Source of the DNA: Reclinomonas americana ATCC 50394 | Lineage: Eukaryota | Direction: 5' to 3' | Assembly: GCA_048213135.1 (NCBI GenBank) | Contig: PS015103.1 | Location: 57,856-120,562 of the forward strand | DNA: 62,707 nucleotides | Shown: positions 24,390 through 37,602 of the stretch, in pieces | How positions within the stretch are numbered: position 1 is the stretch's first letter | How the letters are laid out: the number at the start of each line of letters is the position of its first letter | Position numbers and translations under genes: made by a program | The notes under the pieces: model-generated | Told to the model about the DNA's origin: nothing | Databases searched by the model: none | The model's input: only the letters and a program-made list of their open reading frames with translations

Positions 24390-27307
24390 CGTGCCGCACG
24401 CTGTTGATTCTCTGTGGAAAGTCATTGGCTGACTTTGCACGAGCGCCATGCGATGTGGACGCAAGTTCTTTGGTTGTTGCTCTTGTATGAAGAGAATGAG
24501 AGCGCGATGAATGCAGAAGTTCCTCTCGTCAGATCGTACTGTCTCTCGTTGTTCACGCAAGAGTCGATGCCTTTGAAGAGGCGACATGGCTGCAGCCACT
24601 CTCAATGTTGCTCTCGATCTGCAGAGCTTCCTGTGTTTGCGGTTTCTACTCCACTCATTTCGTCTCCTTCTCTTCCGGGCCATTGCTCTCCTCTGCTCGT
24701 TGTTCTCGCTCTGCTCGTTGTTCTCGCTCTGCTCGTTGTTCTCGCTCTGCTCGTTGTTCTCGCTCTGCTCGTTGTTCTCGCTCTGCTCGTTGTTCTCGCT
24801 CTGCTCGTTGTTCTCGCTCTGCTCGTTGTTCTCGCTCTGCTCGTTGTTCTCGCCGTGCTCGTTGTTCTCGCCGTGCTCGTTGCTGTCGCTCTGCTCGTTG
24901 TTCTCGCCGTGCTCGTTGTTCTCACCGTGCTCGGTGTTCTCACCGTGCTCGTTGTTCGCCCTGTGCTTCGTTGCTCTTGCTGTGCTTCGTTGCTCTCGCT
25001 CTGCTCGTTGTTCTCGCTCTGCTCGTTGCTGTCGCTCTGCTCGTTGCTGTCGCTGTGCTCGTTGTTCTCGCCGTGCTCGTTGTTCTCGCCGTTCTCCTTC
25101 CTCTCGCTGTGCTCCTTGCACTCGCTGTGCTCCTTGCACTCGCTGTGCTCCTTGCACTCGCTGTGCTCCTTGCACTCGCTGTGCTCCTTGCACTCGCTGT
25201 GCTCCTTGCACTCGCTGTGCTCCTTGCACTCGCTGTGCTCCTTGCACTCGCTGTGCTCCTTGCACTCGCTGTGCTCCTTGCACTCGCTGTGCTCCTTGCA
25301 CTCGCTGTGCTCCTTTGCTCTCGCTGTGCTCCTTCCTCTCGCTGCGATCCTTGCTCTTGCTTTGCTCCTTTGTCGCTTACTCCCTGCTCGCCTTCTCCCT
25401 TCGCCTTTGCCTTCACTTTCCCTTTCCCTTTCCATCCTTCCCCTTTCCCTTTGCCTTTCCATCCNNNNNNNNNNNNNNNNNNNNNNNNNNNNNNNNNNNN
25501 NNNNNNNNNNNNNNNNNNNNNNNNNNNNNNNNNNNNNNNNNNNNNNNNNNNNNNNNNNNNNNNNNNNNNNNNNNNNNNNNNNNNNNNNNNNNNNNNNNNN
25601 NNNNNNNNNNNNNNTCCTTCCTCCTCCTTCCTTTCCCGCCTCCCCTTTCACCTTCCCTCACTCCTTCTCATCCTGCAGTCCTCCACCGTCTACGGCGACG
25701 CCTCGGTCGCCTACGTCCCACCGGCAACGGCCGCGGCCTCCACGGTCCTGCCCGTGCCCACCACCCACCTGCGCTCACTCTTTGTCGGCAACATGCCGCT
25801 GGAGGCCGCCACCGAGGAGAACATGCTGGAGCTGTTTTCGTCGTTTGGCGACATTACGAACATCAAATTGCGCCCGGTGGTCGGCAAGCCCTACAAGTAC
25901 GCCAAGGTCACCTTCCGCCTGCACAGAAGCGCGGAGGAGGCTCTGAATGCCACCAACGGTTTCATGTTTCACGGGCGCGCTCTGAAGGTGGAGTGGGACA
26001 ATCCGCGTGCCAAGTTGGCGGCCGCCACCACGGGCACCGGCGGTTCAACGGCAGTCGGTCCGGCCAACCCCATGGGCGCTCGTTCGATGGGCCCGCCGCC
26101 TGGATGGAGCAGCGACTCGACGTCGCTTCTGCCACCACCGTCGCCGTACTGGCCGCAGCAGTACGCGGGAGAATCACCGCCGCAATATGCCCCTGCACCA
26201 CAGGAAGTGGTGGTGGGCTCACGGCGTGCTCCTACCGCCACTCCGTATGTGGTGAGTGTGTCATTGTGTGCGCAGGGAAGTTGATCAGAGATGCTGACTG
26301 TTCCTCGCAGCCTGTCGGTGTCAATCCGTACTCGCGACCATCTTCTGAGTCGCTGGCCACCACCACCACTCCCACGCCGTCGCCGAATCAGTCTCCTCTA
26401 CCGACTTTTGTTGGCGGTGGCAGCGCCGCCGCCGTCGCACCCGCCCCAAATCCCGCGATGCCTCCGCCCAACAGCACCGAGTTGTATGTGGGTAATCTGC
26501 GTGCCGACTCGATCACTGCCGAGGCGCTGCGCGATCGCTTCGGCCGCTTTGGCGAAATTCGCGAGATCAACGTGCGTGTGTGTGTGTTGCGAGACGCTCT
26601 GCTGGCTTTGCCGCTTATCTTACGTGTCGCCGGCACAGATCTTCAACCCGAAGCGGTCGTCGAAAATCACCGGCGCCAAGATCACGTTCTTCCTGCGACA
26701 GGCCGCTGAGCAGGCCATGTCTGCCATGCGCAACTCCACTGCCTTTGGCGGAGAACCCATGTTGCGTGCGCTTTTAGTCACCGATAACTTTGTGTGGGTT
26801 GTGTGTGCTGATTGTGCATTTATCCCCACCACAGCAAGGTTGAATGGTACGGCTTCACCTCTGGCAGCAGCGCTCCGCAGCCGTCGATGGAGGACGTGGT
26901 GATGGGAGGGAGAGAACAGCCGCCGCCACCTATTGATGGGTGAGCAATAGATGAGAGAACAGCAGTGCGCTCGTCGGATGATCAACCTAACTCTCTGTGT
27001 GTGTCATGTGCTCTTTTCAATCACAGCTCCAACATTGAAGAGGTGCGTGAAGCCCGTCCTCGTCTCCTCATGTGTATCTGGCTACTCACTCGTTTCGGTG
27101 CAGACTGTCCGCGCTCTGATGGACATGGAGTTGTGCGATGATCCGCAACGCGTTCGTGATGTTCTCATGACAGTCGGAAACTTTGATGTGAGTCATCGCC
27201 ACCACCGTCTGTCCCCCTCATAGTCTTCGCCTCACGTTTATATGTATGCTTGCTCGCAGCGTGCCGTGGACTACTTCATGCACGAGCTCACTGGCGGTGG
27301 CCGGTGA
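22974..27307 (+). CDS. NYN (LabA/DUF88 PIN-like) nuclease domain, two RRMs and a C-terminal UBA-like domain
   Basis: Exons 22974-23005, 23310-23488, 23573-23653 and 23716-23967 give IVVDGSYV..QKGGDVYIA..IAVVAGDGDFYPV (NYN acidic motifs). A phase-0 join to 25679 gives RRM1 (LFVGNMP..YKYAKVTF) and RRM2 (LYVGNL..GAKITF). The tail TVRALMDMELCDDPQRVRDVLMTVGNFDRAVDYF is UBA-like. TGA at 27305-27307. Confidence 0.75.
24690..25320 (+). repeat. Intronic 18-bp minisatellites (ctcgctctgctcgttgtt)n followed by (ctcgctgtgctccttgca)n
   Basis: Tandem 18-mers are directly visible; they generate the spurious repetitive ORFs in all frames here. Confidence 0.95.
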
Positions 27308-27576
27308 TTTGTTAACCAGCAGTCGCTATAGCGCACTGCCGTACTGTATGTTTTTTTAACCGCCCAGCGACGCCCGAGCAGAGCCGACGGCGAGGTGCAT
27401 GCCGCCTCCCCGTTTTCCCCCTTTCTGTTCGCCGTTGCTGCGGCTTCTTCTCCAGTTGCTCCACTGGCTATCTGTACCGTACTTAGTTATGAGCAACCTT
27501 TCCACGCAAGACGTATGAATGGAAAAAACCCCTAGAAAAACACGATTCACGATGCCTCGCACGTCATTTTTTAATT

Positions 27577-30500
27577 CTAGTCGACCTTGCCGGACGAGTC
27601 AGTGGGAAGCACTCCGCTATTGATGGACACCTGCTTGTGCTGTTGCTTTTGTCGCTCCGATTCGTGCATGAGTCGCAGATACCGCCCGGGTTTCCACATG
27701 GGCGGCTGGAAGCACAGGGCAAAGAATACGGTCGAGGCAGCCGTGCCAACGGCAATCACCCATCTTGGTGGTGGAGAGAGAGCGAGACGGGCGTGAGAGC
27801 GGGAGGGAGAGAGAAAGAGAGAGGATGAGAACGACTCACAAACACGCAATCATTCTCCCCTCGTCCGTGTCGGAGAACAAATCGCCTGCCGACAAACTCG
27901 CGTGAGATGAAACGTGTGCGAGATCTGTGGTGCGTGCGCACACTCTCCTCACCAACATAGCTGTAGGCAATGGAGACGAACTGCGCCACAAAGAACAGCG
28001 CCTGCGACGACAGCACGTCGGGGATGGGGAACACGATTTCGACCGTGCACTGAGAAAGAAAAGAGGAGTCAGCAGCTGCATGAGGAGCACCTCTCTTGCG
28101 TTCATCGCGCGCACCTCCAGCAACACCGGCTGCAGTGCGGCCAGAAAGAACCCGCAAAAGCCGCCAAAGACCAGGATCAGCACGTAGTTCTTCGCTGCAA
28201 TGGCGTACACAAAGAGGAACATGCTGACGGTGGTGGCCACCATGCACACGTTGATGAGCATTTTGTAGGAGCGCGTCTTGTCGCAGATGCGCGCGATGCC
28301 GAGCATGCCCGGGATGCCGGCCTGCGGCAAGAGGTGGTGAGTAAGGGAGAGAGAGAGAGGAGGAGGAGAGGAGGAGAGGGTGATTACCATGAGGAACACA
28401 ACGCCAGCCATGGTGGTGGCAATCGGGGAGAATTCCTTGTCCAGGATGGGAACGATGAAACTGCAAGGAGTGGGAGTTCTTGAGACGCTGCGAATGAATA
28501 GAAAGGTGTGTGTGTGTGTTGTAAGAGAGGTGGGGACGAACGTTGCCAGTACCCAGAAGCCCCCTGTTGGTGGAGGGGTGAGCAAAGAAAAAATGTGAGA
28601 CACGTGGGGGGTGGAGGAATGGTCAAACCGGCCGTCATCGCAAACACAATGAGGAGGACCCAGAAACTCCACAGGCTGACCATGCGGCGCAGAGGTCGCC
28701 AGATCTCGAGCTGGGTGAGGAGGAGAAGGAGGAGGGTGAGGGGAAGGGGGGAGAAGGAAGGGGGAGAAGGGGGAAAGGGGGAAAGGGAAGGGGAAGGGGA
28801 AGGGGAAGGGGAAGGGGGGTGACAAGGGGGGAAGGGGGAGGGGTGAGGGATGAGGGAGAAGGGGGAGGGGTGAGGGATGAGGGATGAGGGAGTAGGGGAA
28901 GGGGAAGGGGAAGGTAGGAGGGAGAAGGGAGAAGGGAAAGGGGAAGGGCAACGTGAGAAAGAGTAGTGGGTCGAGAGGGAGGAGGACAAAGGGAAGGGGG
29001 AAGGGGGAAGAAGGAAGGGGGAAGGGGGAAAGAGAATGGGAAGGAGGAAATGGCAGGAGAAGTGGACAGAAGGAGGGGAGGAGAAGGAGAGAGGCAGAAG
29101 GTGAGGAGAAAGAGGAAGAAGAAGGCGAAAGGGAAAGGGAGAAAGAGAGTGGGAAGAGAGGGTAAGGGGAACGGGAAGGGGGAGGAGGAAGAAACGCAAG
29201 ATATATCTGACACACAATCATGACGAACGGAAGCCACAGACACGCTGTCGCTGATTGCTCCAGATATCCGAAAGCGACATATGACACGAATATACGACAC
29301 GGAAAGGGCGAGGAGAGAAATGACACGACAAGTGTCATTGTTAACGAGGTTGCTCTCACTTCCAGCAGCTTCCATAGAATACGAATACGCGAGGTCACAT
29401 GCAGACAGACACCACTGTCGACAAATGTCAACAGACGATTTCCCAGCCACATGAACAGGAAAGCACTCGCATTGTTGTTGCCTCTCCTCTTTCCTCCACA
29501 TGCAGTCCCACTCGACGACCACCTCACCTCCACATCTGCGGCGGCTGTCGATGGTGGAGTTGGCGGCTGCGTGCGGAACAGTACCAACGACAGCACGCTA
29601 ACGGCCGACGTGGCCACGCCCACGCCCAGCAGGAGACGGAATACATCGTCGTCGGTCTGCGAAATACAAGTGAGCCACAGTGCGTCGGTTTTGACAGGCT
29701 GGACGCAACGTGGATCACTGCGGCGGCGAGTACAAATCCCAGAGTGATTCCTGCATGATGCACAGCGTTGGATCATCATACAAAGATATCGTGACAGCGA
29801 TATGGCGTGCATACCGACTTGATTGAAGACGACTCCGAAACTTGTGGCACTGCAGAGCGCAAGCGAATGAGTGCACGGACGGGGGAAACGAGCCGCGAGT
29901 GCCACACGCACATGTTCCACTCGCTTTCCGGGAACCAGTTTGCCGTGACTTTTGTCGGCGAGGCCAACAACAGTGGCTGCACGAGTGCGACGATGCTGTT
30001 GCCGAGCAGCAGGAACATGTAGCTGTGTGAGAGAGAAGGGGTCAGCGCACACGATGATATGAAGTGAGCGGCTCACGGAAATGGCCGCGCACCCCGACGG
30101 GCCGGGATGGATGACTCGCAGCATGGCTCCGACGGCATTGCCAACGGCGGCGACCGAGACCTGTTGCACATGTAAGTGTCGACTGGAAGAAAAGGAAGGA
30201 ATAGGAGCGACGAAACAGCCGCTCGCAATCTGCGTTTCACGAAGAATGAGGATGCAAAGAGCAGCAAACATGTAGACAGCAAAGAAGACGCACCCGGCGA
30301 CTTTCAAGATCCACACGGCAAAGATCATGCCGGGCAGGTACAGAATGTAGAAGGTGGCAGGGAGTAGATTGAGCGCCTCGTCTGCGGCAATGTGAGTGAC
30401 AAGACGTGAGGTGTGACGCAGAGCGTAGCAAGAGACGGACCACTGATCTTGTACAGGCTTTGTACGCTCTGTGATCAAGGTCAGAGAGAGATTCTTCGGC

Positions 30501-30828
30501 GACAGCAGACAAGGGACATGCGCAACTGTGGCGGCTGCCGATAATGAGATCCACACCAGGGCGCTACTGCTGGCTGTGGGGGGTGGGGGTGAGAACAGGG
30601 AGAGGACGGGGGGAAGAGCAGGAAAGGAACGCAACTCAGTCCGCAAAACAAGCACAGCACCACCCATCGATACGCGTACTTTCTCCACGTGGTTGGTGAT
30701 GCCGCGACAGGCGCAGCAGCCGTGGAATGGCCATGTTCGTTCTGATAGTGGTGGTCGCGCAGTGCCACCGTCACGTGCGCCTCATCGTCGTCGTCGGTGT
30801 TATCGCGATGAACAGTCACCGCGGCGGT
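27577..30828 (-). CDS. Major facilitator superfamily transporter, SLC49/FLVCR/MFSD7-like (start not resolved)
   Basis: About 14 frame-preserving exons: KYAYRWVVLCLFCGL, GLRAA, LLGNSIVALVQPLLLASPTKVTANWFPESE, ATSFGVVFNQVGITLGF, ARICDKTRSYK, LLECTVEIVFP; multiple TM segments; stop at 27579-27577. Confidence 0.85.
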
Positions 30829-31429
30829 CTGCGGGATGGGAAAGGGAGGGGGGAGGGAGAGGGAGAAGAGGGAGAGACGGAGAGGAGAGAGAGAGAGGGA
30901 GAGAGAGAGAAAGGCGTCAGCATAACTGCAAGGGGACAACTGCGGCAATGGTGAGCAGATTGCCAAGTGAGAAAGAGAGAGGAAGAGATCACCAACAGAG
31001 AGGGGCCAAGGAACACTCAGAGCGGAGCAGAGAGCGTGAAGCAAAATGAGTTGGTGAGGGGAAGGAAGTGCAACATGAGTGAGAAGAGAAGCGATCGAGC
31101 AAACGCACAATCAGCATGCTCACAGGCCCTCGACAATGAAGTGAGGGAGGGATGTGAGGAAGATAGAGCGAGCAGAGAGTTGCAATCGATGTGCATTGGC
31201 TTGAGGAGAGTGGAGAGTGAGAGCAGAGTACAACAGATCGCCAACTGAGGAAGGAAGCGAGTGAAGAGTGGGGAGAAGAAGAGCGACCACTGGAACAAGT
31301 CGATAAAGCAATCGATGCTTCGTGAGAGCAGAGTGTGAGAGGGGCGCGTGAGTAGAGTGCACAGAAACACGCACAGCAACACTGAGGACGAAAAGAGAGA
31401 GGAGAGAAGAAGAGGAGAGCGATGTTGCA

Positions 31430-32190
31430 GATTGTGAGCGATCAAGCAAATCGCCTTTGTGAGAGCAGAGTATGAGAGCAGAGTGAGAGAGCAGAGCGAG
31501 AGGAGCGCGAGGAGTGAGAGGAGTGAGCAGAGTACAAGAGGAACACTCACTGCGGAAGAATGAGGGAGAAGAGAAGAAGAGGCAGACAGCGATCTTTGCA
31601 ACTGGAGATCGATCAAGCAAATCGCCTTTGTGAGAGCAGAGTATGAGAGCAGAGTGAGAGAGCAGAGCGAGAGGAGCGCGAGGAGTGAGAGGAGTGAGCA
31701 GAGTACAAGAGGAACACTCACTGCGGAAGAATGAGGGAGAAGAGAAGAAGAGGAAGACAGCGATCTTTGCAACTGGAGATCGATCAAACAATCAATGCCA
31801 ATCGCCTTTGTGAGAGCAGAGAGTGAGAGGAGTGAGTAGAGTACACAGAAATCACTCACTATGCAACCACACTGAGGAAGATTGAGAGAGAAGAGAAGAG
31901 AAGAAGAGCAATCTTCGCAACTCTGGAGATCGATCAAGCAATCAATGCAAATCGCCTTTGTGAGAGCAGAGTGTGCGAGCAGAGAGTGAGAGGAGTGAGT
32001 AGAGTACAAGAGGAACACTCACTACGCAACAACTGAGGAAGAAAAGAGAGAGAGAAGAGAAGAAGAAGAAGAAGAGCGATCTTTGCAACTGGAGATCGAT
32101 CAAGCAATCAATGCAAATCGCCTTTGTGAGAGCAGAGTGTGAGAGGAGTGAGCACAGAACCACTCACTATGCAACCACACTGAGGAAGAG
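31430..32190. repeat. Degenerate tandem repeat, unit about 160-180 bp (gatcaagcaaatcgcctttgtgagagcagag...)
   Basis: About 5 imperfect copies visible; intergenic. Confidence 0.9.
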
Positions 32191-32442
32191 CACACGCGCG
32201 AGAGAGAAAAGAGAGAGAGAGGGCCATTGACAACAAAGGAACAATCGCAAATGCAATCGCCTCTTGAGATCCTTTTTTGTTCTCTCTCTAAAAAGGTGCG
32301 AGAGAGTACGCAACGCTCATGACTGCAACCACTGTGCCACCAAAACAGCAGGAAAAGGGGAGGAAAATAAAAGGCGATGTCATTGTGTCCCGCGCGCATT
32401 TGTCCCAGAGCGACTTGTGCAGTGTGAGAGAGGGCGCGAATG

Positions 32443-32473
<31 letters not shown>

Positions 32474-32586
32474 TGTGTGTGTGTGTGAGAGAGAGAGAGT
32501 TAGAGAGTGAGTGACAGAAGGAATGCATGAGTTGCAATATTTTCAATGTTTGTTTGTTTGTTTGTGTGTGTGTATGTGTATGTGTA

Positions 32587-32623
<37 letters not shown>

Positions 32624-33149
32624 CACGCACTTGTTTGTTGTTGCATGCGTTGTGTGCGGCAATATCTAATGTGACACACTTTCTCTCACTCTCTCTCACA
32701 CACACGCTCTCTTTCTCTCTCACACACACGCTCTCTCTCTCTCTCTCTCCTTGTTCTCCTTCATCACACAATGCTGCATTGCATGTCGCTTCTTTTTGAT
32801 TCTATGCATGCATTGCATCACTCGACTCGAATGCACTCTCTTTGCTGCTGCATTCGTGCATGCGTCATCATGCATGATGCCTCCACTCTGCTCCCTCTCT
32901 CATACACACTCTCTCAGCTCGCTCCTCTCACTGTGCATTTGAGTCCTTATTTCTGTTCTTTGCACGCTCATTCTTTCTTTCTTTCCCTCTCTCTCTCTCT
33001 GTCTCTCACACACACACACACTCATTATTCTCATTCAGCTCGCTCATTACACTTCATGTAAGGCATTTCACGTCATGTCTGACTTGTCTGCCTCAGTCAC
33101 TTGCCTCTCCGTGCGCTCACTTCTTCTCTGCCTCTCACACGCGCGTACG

Positions 33150-33890
33150 CACACGCACATGCTTATTCGTTCTCATCAAGCTCGGTCGTTGCGCTGCATT
33201 TGAGGCATGTACTCATTTTTCTTTCCTTCTCCCCCTCTCACTCACACACACACACACACGCACGCACTCACGCACACACTCAATATTCTCACTCAGCTCG
33301 CTCGTTGCCTTGCATTTGAGGCATGCACTCATTCTTTCCTTCTTTTCCCTCTCTCTCTCTCTCCGTGCGCTCATTTCTTCTCTCTCTTTCTCACACATGC
33401 AGACTTATTCGTTCTCACTCAGCTCGCTCGTTGCCTTGCATTTGAGACATGCACTCATTCTTTCTTTCTTCCCCCCTCCCTCTCTCTTTCTCTCTCTCTC
33501 TCTCTTTCTCACACATATGCACCCATTCGTCCTCATTAAGCTCGCTCGTTGCAGTGCATGTGAGGCATGCCCTCATTCACTCTCCTTCTCTTCATTCACT
33601 TGTCTCTCCGTGCGCTCACTTCTTCTCTCCCTCTCACACGCACGCACACACACTCATTATTCTCACTCAGCTCATTCTTTCATTCTTTTCCCCTCTCCCT
33701 CTCCCTCTCTCTCTCTTTCTCACACATGCACTTACTCCTTCGTTCTCACTCAGCTCGCTCGTTGCAGTGCACTTGAGGCATGCACTCAGTAACTCTTCTC
33801 ATTCACTTGTCTCTCTGCCCTCGCTCCTTCTCTCTCTCTTTCTCACACATGCAGACTCATTCGTTCTCACTCGTTGCGCTGCATTTGAGG
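33150..33890. repeat. Degenerate tandem repeat, unit about 110-130 bp (ctcactcagctcgctcgttgc...tgcatttgaggcatgcactc)
   Basis: Five to six imperfect copies upstream of the PUF60 gene. Confidence 0.85.
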
Positions 33891-33921
<31 letters not shown>

Positions 33922-34083
33922 TCTTCGCTTTCCCCGCCCTTCCTGTGTCCCAACCCTTTGCGCTCACCCACTCATTCTCTCACAGTCCGAGGCACAGGAT
34001 GGTGACTCCTCCGCTGCTTCCGCGGTTGCGTCTCAGCCTCCCCTTCCCCGCTCTATCGTGCGTTTTGTATCTGAGATTTTGCA

Positions 34084-37000
34084 ATGTCACAGGCTGCTGT
34101 GCGCGACGAATCACAGCCCGTCGTTTCGGTAACGGATGCCGCCGCCGCTGTTGTTGAGGGCAAGGAGGAGAAAGCGGAGAAGTTGCGTGTGTTGTCCTTG
34201 TGTGATTGCTGTCCCTCTCGTGCTTGCCTTTTTCTCGTCAATCTCCTCTCCCCGTGTTGTCTACCTGCACCTTGTATCTCGTATTCACCTGCCTTTTTCC
34301 GTCAATATCCCCGTCATCGCTCTCGCCCTCCATTTTCGCGCATTGCATGTTTAAAAGCTGCTGTGCTCTCCACCGACAATGCATGCACGGTTGCTTGCAC
34401 TGTGCTCCTCTCGTCTCTCGCGCATCTCCTCGCCTTCTTTTTGCCTCTCTTTCCGCGCGTTTACTGTTTTCGACCATGTCTCACACACCTTGTATCTCGC
34501 TTTCTCCTGCTTGTCAATTCTTCCACTACCTCCACTGTCGTACGCCAAGCTCATCTTCTCTTGTGCTCGCCTGCTTGCCTTGCCATCTTCTTCTCTCCCT
34601 CTTCCCCCCTCTCCTCTGCTCCCTCACCTCCTCTCTCCCCACCCCACCCCATCACAGGAAAGCCTCCAGTCCGCGCCACTCCAGCAAGAGGTCTCTTTCC
34701 ACCCCCTTCTCATCTCCTCTCCCCCACACCACTCACCTCTCATTATCCCCACCACAGAAGTCGCAGTCGGAGTCCCGCCAAAAGGTGCTTTCCTTCCCAT
34801 CTCTTCCCCTCTNNNNNNNNNNNNNNNNNNNNCCCCCTCTTCCCTGTGTGCTCATCCCTCCCCCACCTCGCAGTCCCGATCGACGCCGCCGGTATGCTCG
34901 CCCCCTCGTGCTGTCGTCTCGCAGTCCCGACTCACCGCGCGCTTGCCCCCCGCGCCATCCCTCCCTCTCCCTCTTTCCCTTCCCCCCTCCTCCCCCCTCT
35001 TCCCCCTCCCTCCCCCTCTTCCCCCCATCTTCCCCCTTCTCCCCCCTTCTCCCCCTCCTCCCCTCCCAAAAAGTCCCCTGCTAACCGTTGCTCCCTCCCA
35101 GATCGCACCACTCGCCTTCCACGCGCGACGACCGCTCACACCGCCACCACCGTCACCGCGAGCACCGTCGTTCCAGCGTGGAGCGTGACGACCGCCGTCG
35201 ACGCGAGGAAGACGAACGACATCGCCGACACCACTACGATCGGCACCGTCGACGCGGAGGCGAGCGGTCGCGTTCTCCGCCACCGCCACCGTCATCATCG
35301 TCGTCGTCGCGTCGTCGCTCGCGCTCTCCTCCGCCCTCCTCGCGCCATCGCCGGCGCTCGCGCAGCCCGTCGCCGCGCCACCACCGCCGTCGTAGCAGTC
35401 GGTCGCGCTCCCCGTACTACTCGTCGCCGGACTCGCGCAGCCCGCCGCGCAAGCGTTTCGCCCCCGCCGACCCGTCCAAGTCGACTACCGCCACCACCGC
35501 CACAACGGCGACTGGAGGAACCGGTGCTGCTGCGGCTGCGGCCGCCGCCGCCGCCGCGGCCGCCATGAGTGCGGCGCCACACTCGGCGGCACTGCTGCCG
35601 CCAATCCCATGGCGCTGATGGGCAACCCGCTGCTGGCGGCCAGNNNNNNNNNNNNNNNNNNNNTGGTCTGTTCAACACCGCCGGCGGAGCACCTGCATTC
35701 AGCGCCATTCAGCTCTTGCAGGCGCAGCAGCAGCTGCAAGCGCAGCAAATGCTACTGCGACAGGCGCAGCTGCTGCGCTCCATGGCGGGCGGAGCAGCTG
35801 TGGGCACCACCGGCAACCCGCTACACCGCGTCTACATTGGCAATATGCACCCGCTCATGTCGGAGCAGGAGGTGCGGCAGGTCTTCCAGCTCTTTGGACT
35901 AGTGGCCGGCATCACCATGTCGCCGACAGTTGCGTTTTGGGGGAGTGGACTGTCACTTATCAACTTTTTATGATTGATCTCACCGCTTTAGCAGGATCCC
36001 TCAACCTACCGCCACAAGGGCTGGTGCTTTGTCGAGTACGCCACGCCCGAGGCCGCCACCGCCGCCATTCAGATCATGGATGGTTACCCGATGGGCGGGC
36101 GCAACCTGCGCGTCGGGCGGCCCAATGCCGCGGCCTCGGCGCCCAAGTTGGCAGAGACAGTGGCCACCCTCTCGGCCTCCAATCCTCGTTGCGCTCCATT
36201 TTGCTCAGACTATCGTGCAAGTGTGTGTGTGTGTGTGACTCTCACGCGTGTTTAATGTGCGCAGCCACTCCACCCTTTGACTTGCTGGCCACGGTGGCGG
36301 AGCCGATTTCTCAACGCCTCGCACTCAGTTGCGCGCCGATTGCTATCTTCTTGAATGATCGACCTGCGCTCATGTCCTTGTGTCGTCTGCACAGTTCCCG
36401 ATTCGGCGGCGCCGGACGTGTTGAACCCGCGCGCACGTCTGTATGTTGGATCGATTGTGTGGACCATTGGCGAGCCGGAGCTGCGCACGCTGTTCTCGCA
36501 GTTTGGCAACATTCGAGCCATTCAGCTGTCGGTGAGTTGTGTTGCGCATGTGCGGTGGATGACTGTGCGTTGACCAACGTGCATGTGAACACAGCACAAT
36601 CCAGAGACCAAGACGCACAAGGGATACGCGTGAGTGCTCAACAATCACCCCACACCACATGTTCGTGTCTGCTAACCTCTCTCCCCTTGCCGCAGCTTTG
36701 TCGAGTACGAGTCGGAGGAGGCCGCACAAATGGCCATTGCCACTCTGAATGGCATGTCGCTCGGCGGTCGCCAGTTGAAGGTGAAGTGCTTCGGTTAGGA
36801 TTGCGTACTGACTGATCGCTCGTCTGACCGATTCCACTGCAGGTCGGTCTGCCCAAGCAAACTGCGCCGACGCCCAACAACCCGTCGGAGGAGCCCACTG
36901 GCGGTGTCAATGTTTCGTTGATGGAGCGAGAGGATGTACTCTTTCCAATGCTGACAATGGTTCGCAGGTGATTCGGCGTCTGCTGATTCTGCGCAACATG

Positions 37001-37523
37001 CTGTCGTGGGACGACGACGACAGTGATTTGGAGTCGGAGGTGCTGAGCGAGGCTGTCAAGTTTGGCGCGGTGGTTCGTTGACAGCGAAATGTTTCTTCTT
37101 ACACTGAGAGAAGTTTCTCGCTTACTTTTTCCATCGCTGTGCCAGCTTTCGCTGCAGGTGGTGCGCATCCCGAACGGCGTCGGCGGCGGTCGAGTGGAAG
37201 TGTGGGTGTTGTACCAGTCGCCCACCAGTGCGTACACGTGGATTCTCGTTGGTGTTTTGCCTGCGGCTCACTTGCTTGTCTTTCTTTGCCCCTACAGGTG
37301 CCGGTTCTGCGCAGCAAGTCATGCACGGACGCGTGTTTGGTGGTCACAAAGTCGTGGCCACACTGGTGCCGGAGGCGTCGACGGCCACGCAAGGTGAGGG
37401 AGGGGGGAGGTTTGGGGAAGGGAGATAGGGAGAGGGGCAGAGAAGGGGAAAAGGAGATATATTATAGGAAACTCCGTTCTCTCTTCTCATACAAACACGT
37501 AAGCACGTGTTAATAGAGAAGGT

Positions 37524-37602
<79 letters not shown>

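Noticed and set aside
24228-25416. Long repetitive ORFs (QGAQRV)n, (CAPCTR)n, (KEHSEC)n, and a possible CRISPR-like array
   Set aside because: They result from stop-free 18-bp minisatellites inside an intron; there are no unique spacers and no cas genes.
27836-30688. The 950-aa ORF and other long ORFs through N-runs or pyrimidine tracts as single-exon genes
   Set aside because: They read through stop-poor introns and gaps; the real products are spliced.
35560-35620. Frameshift in PUF60 suggesting a pseudogene or programmed frameshift
   Set aside because: It lies in a GC-rich low-complexity tract about 60 nt from an assembly gap, and the rest of the gene is intact, so a sequencing error is most likely.
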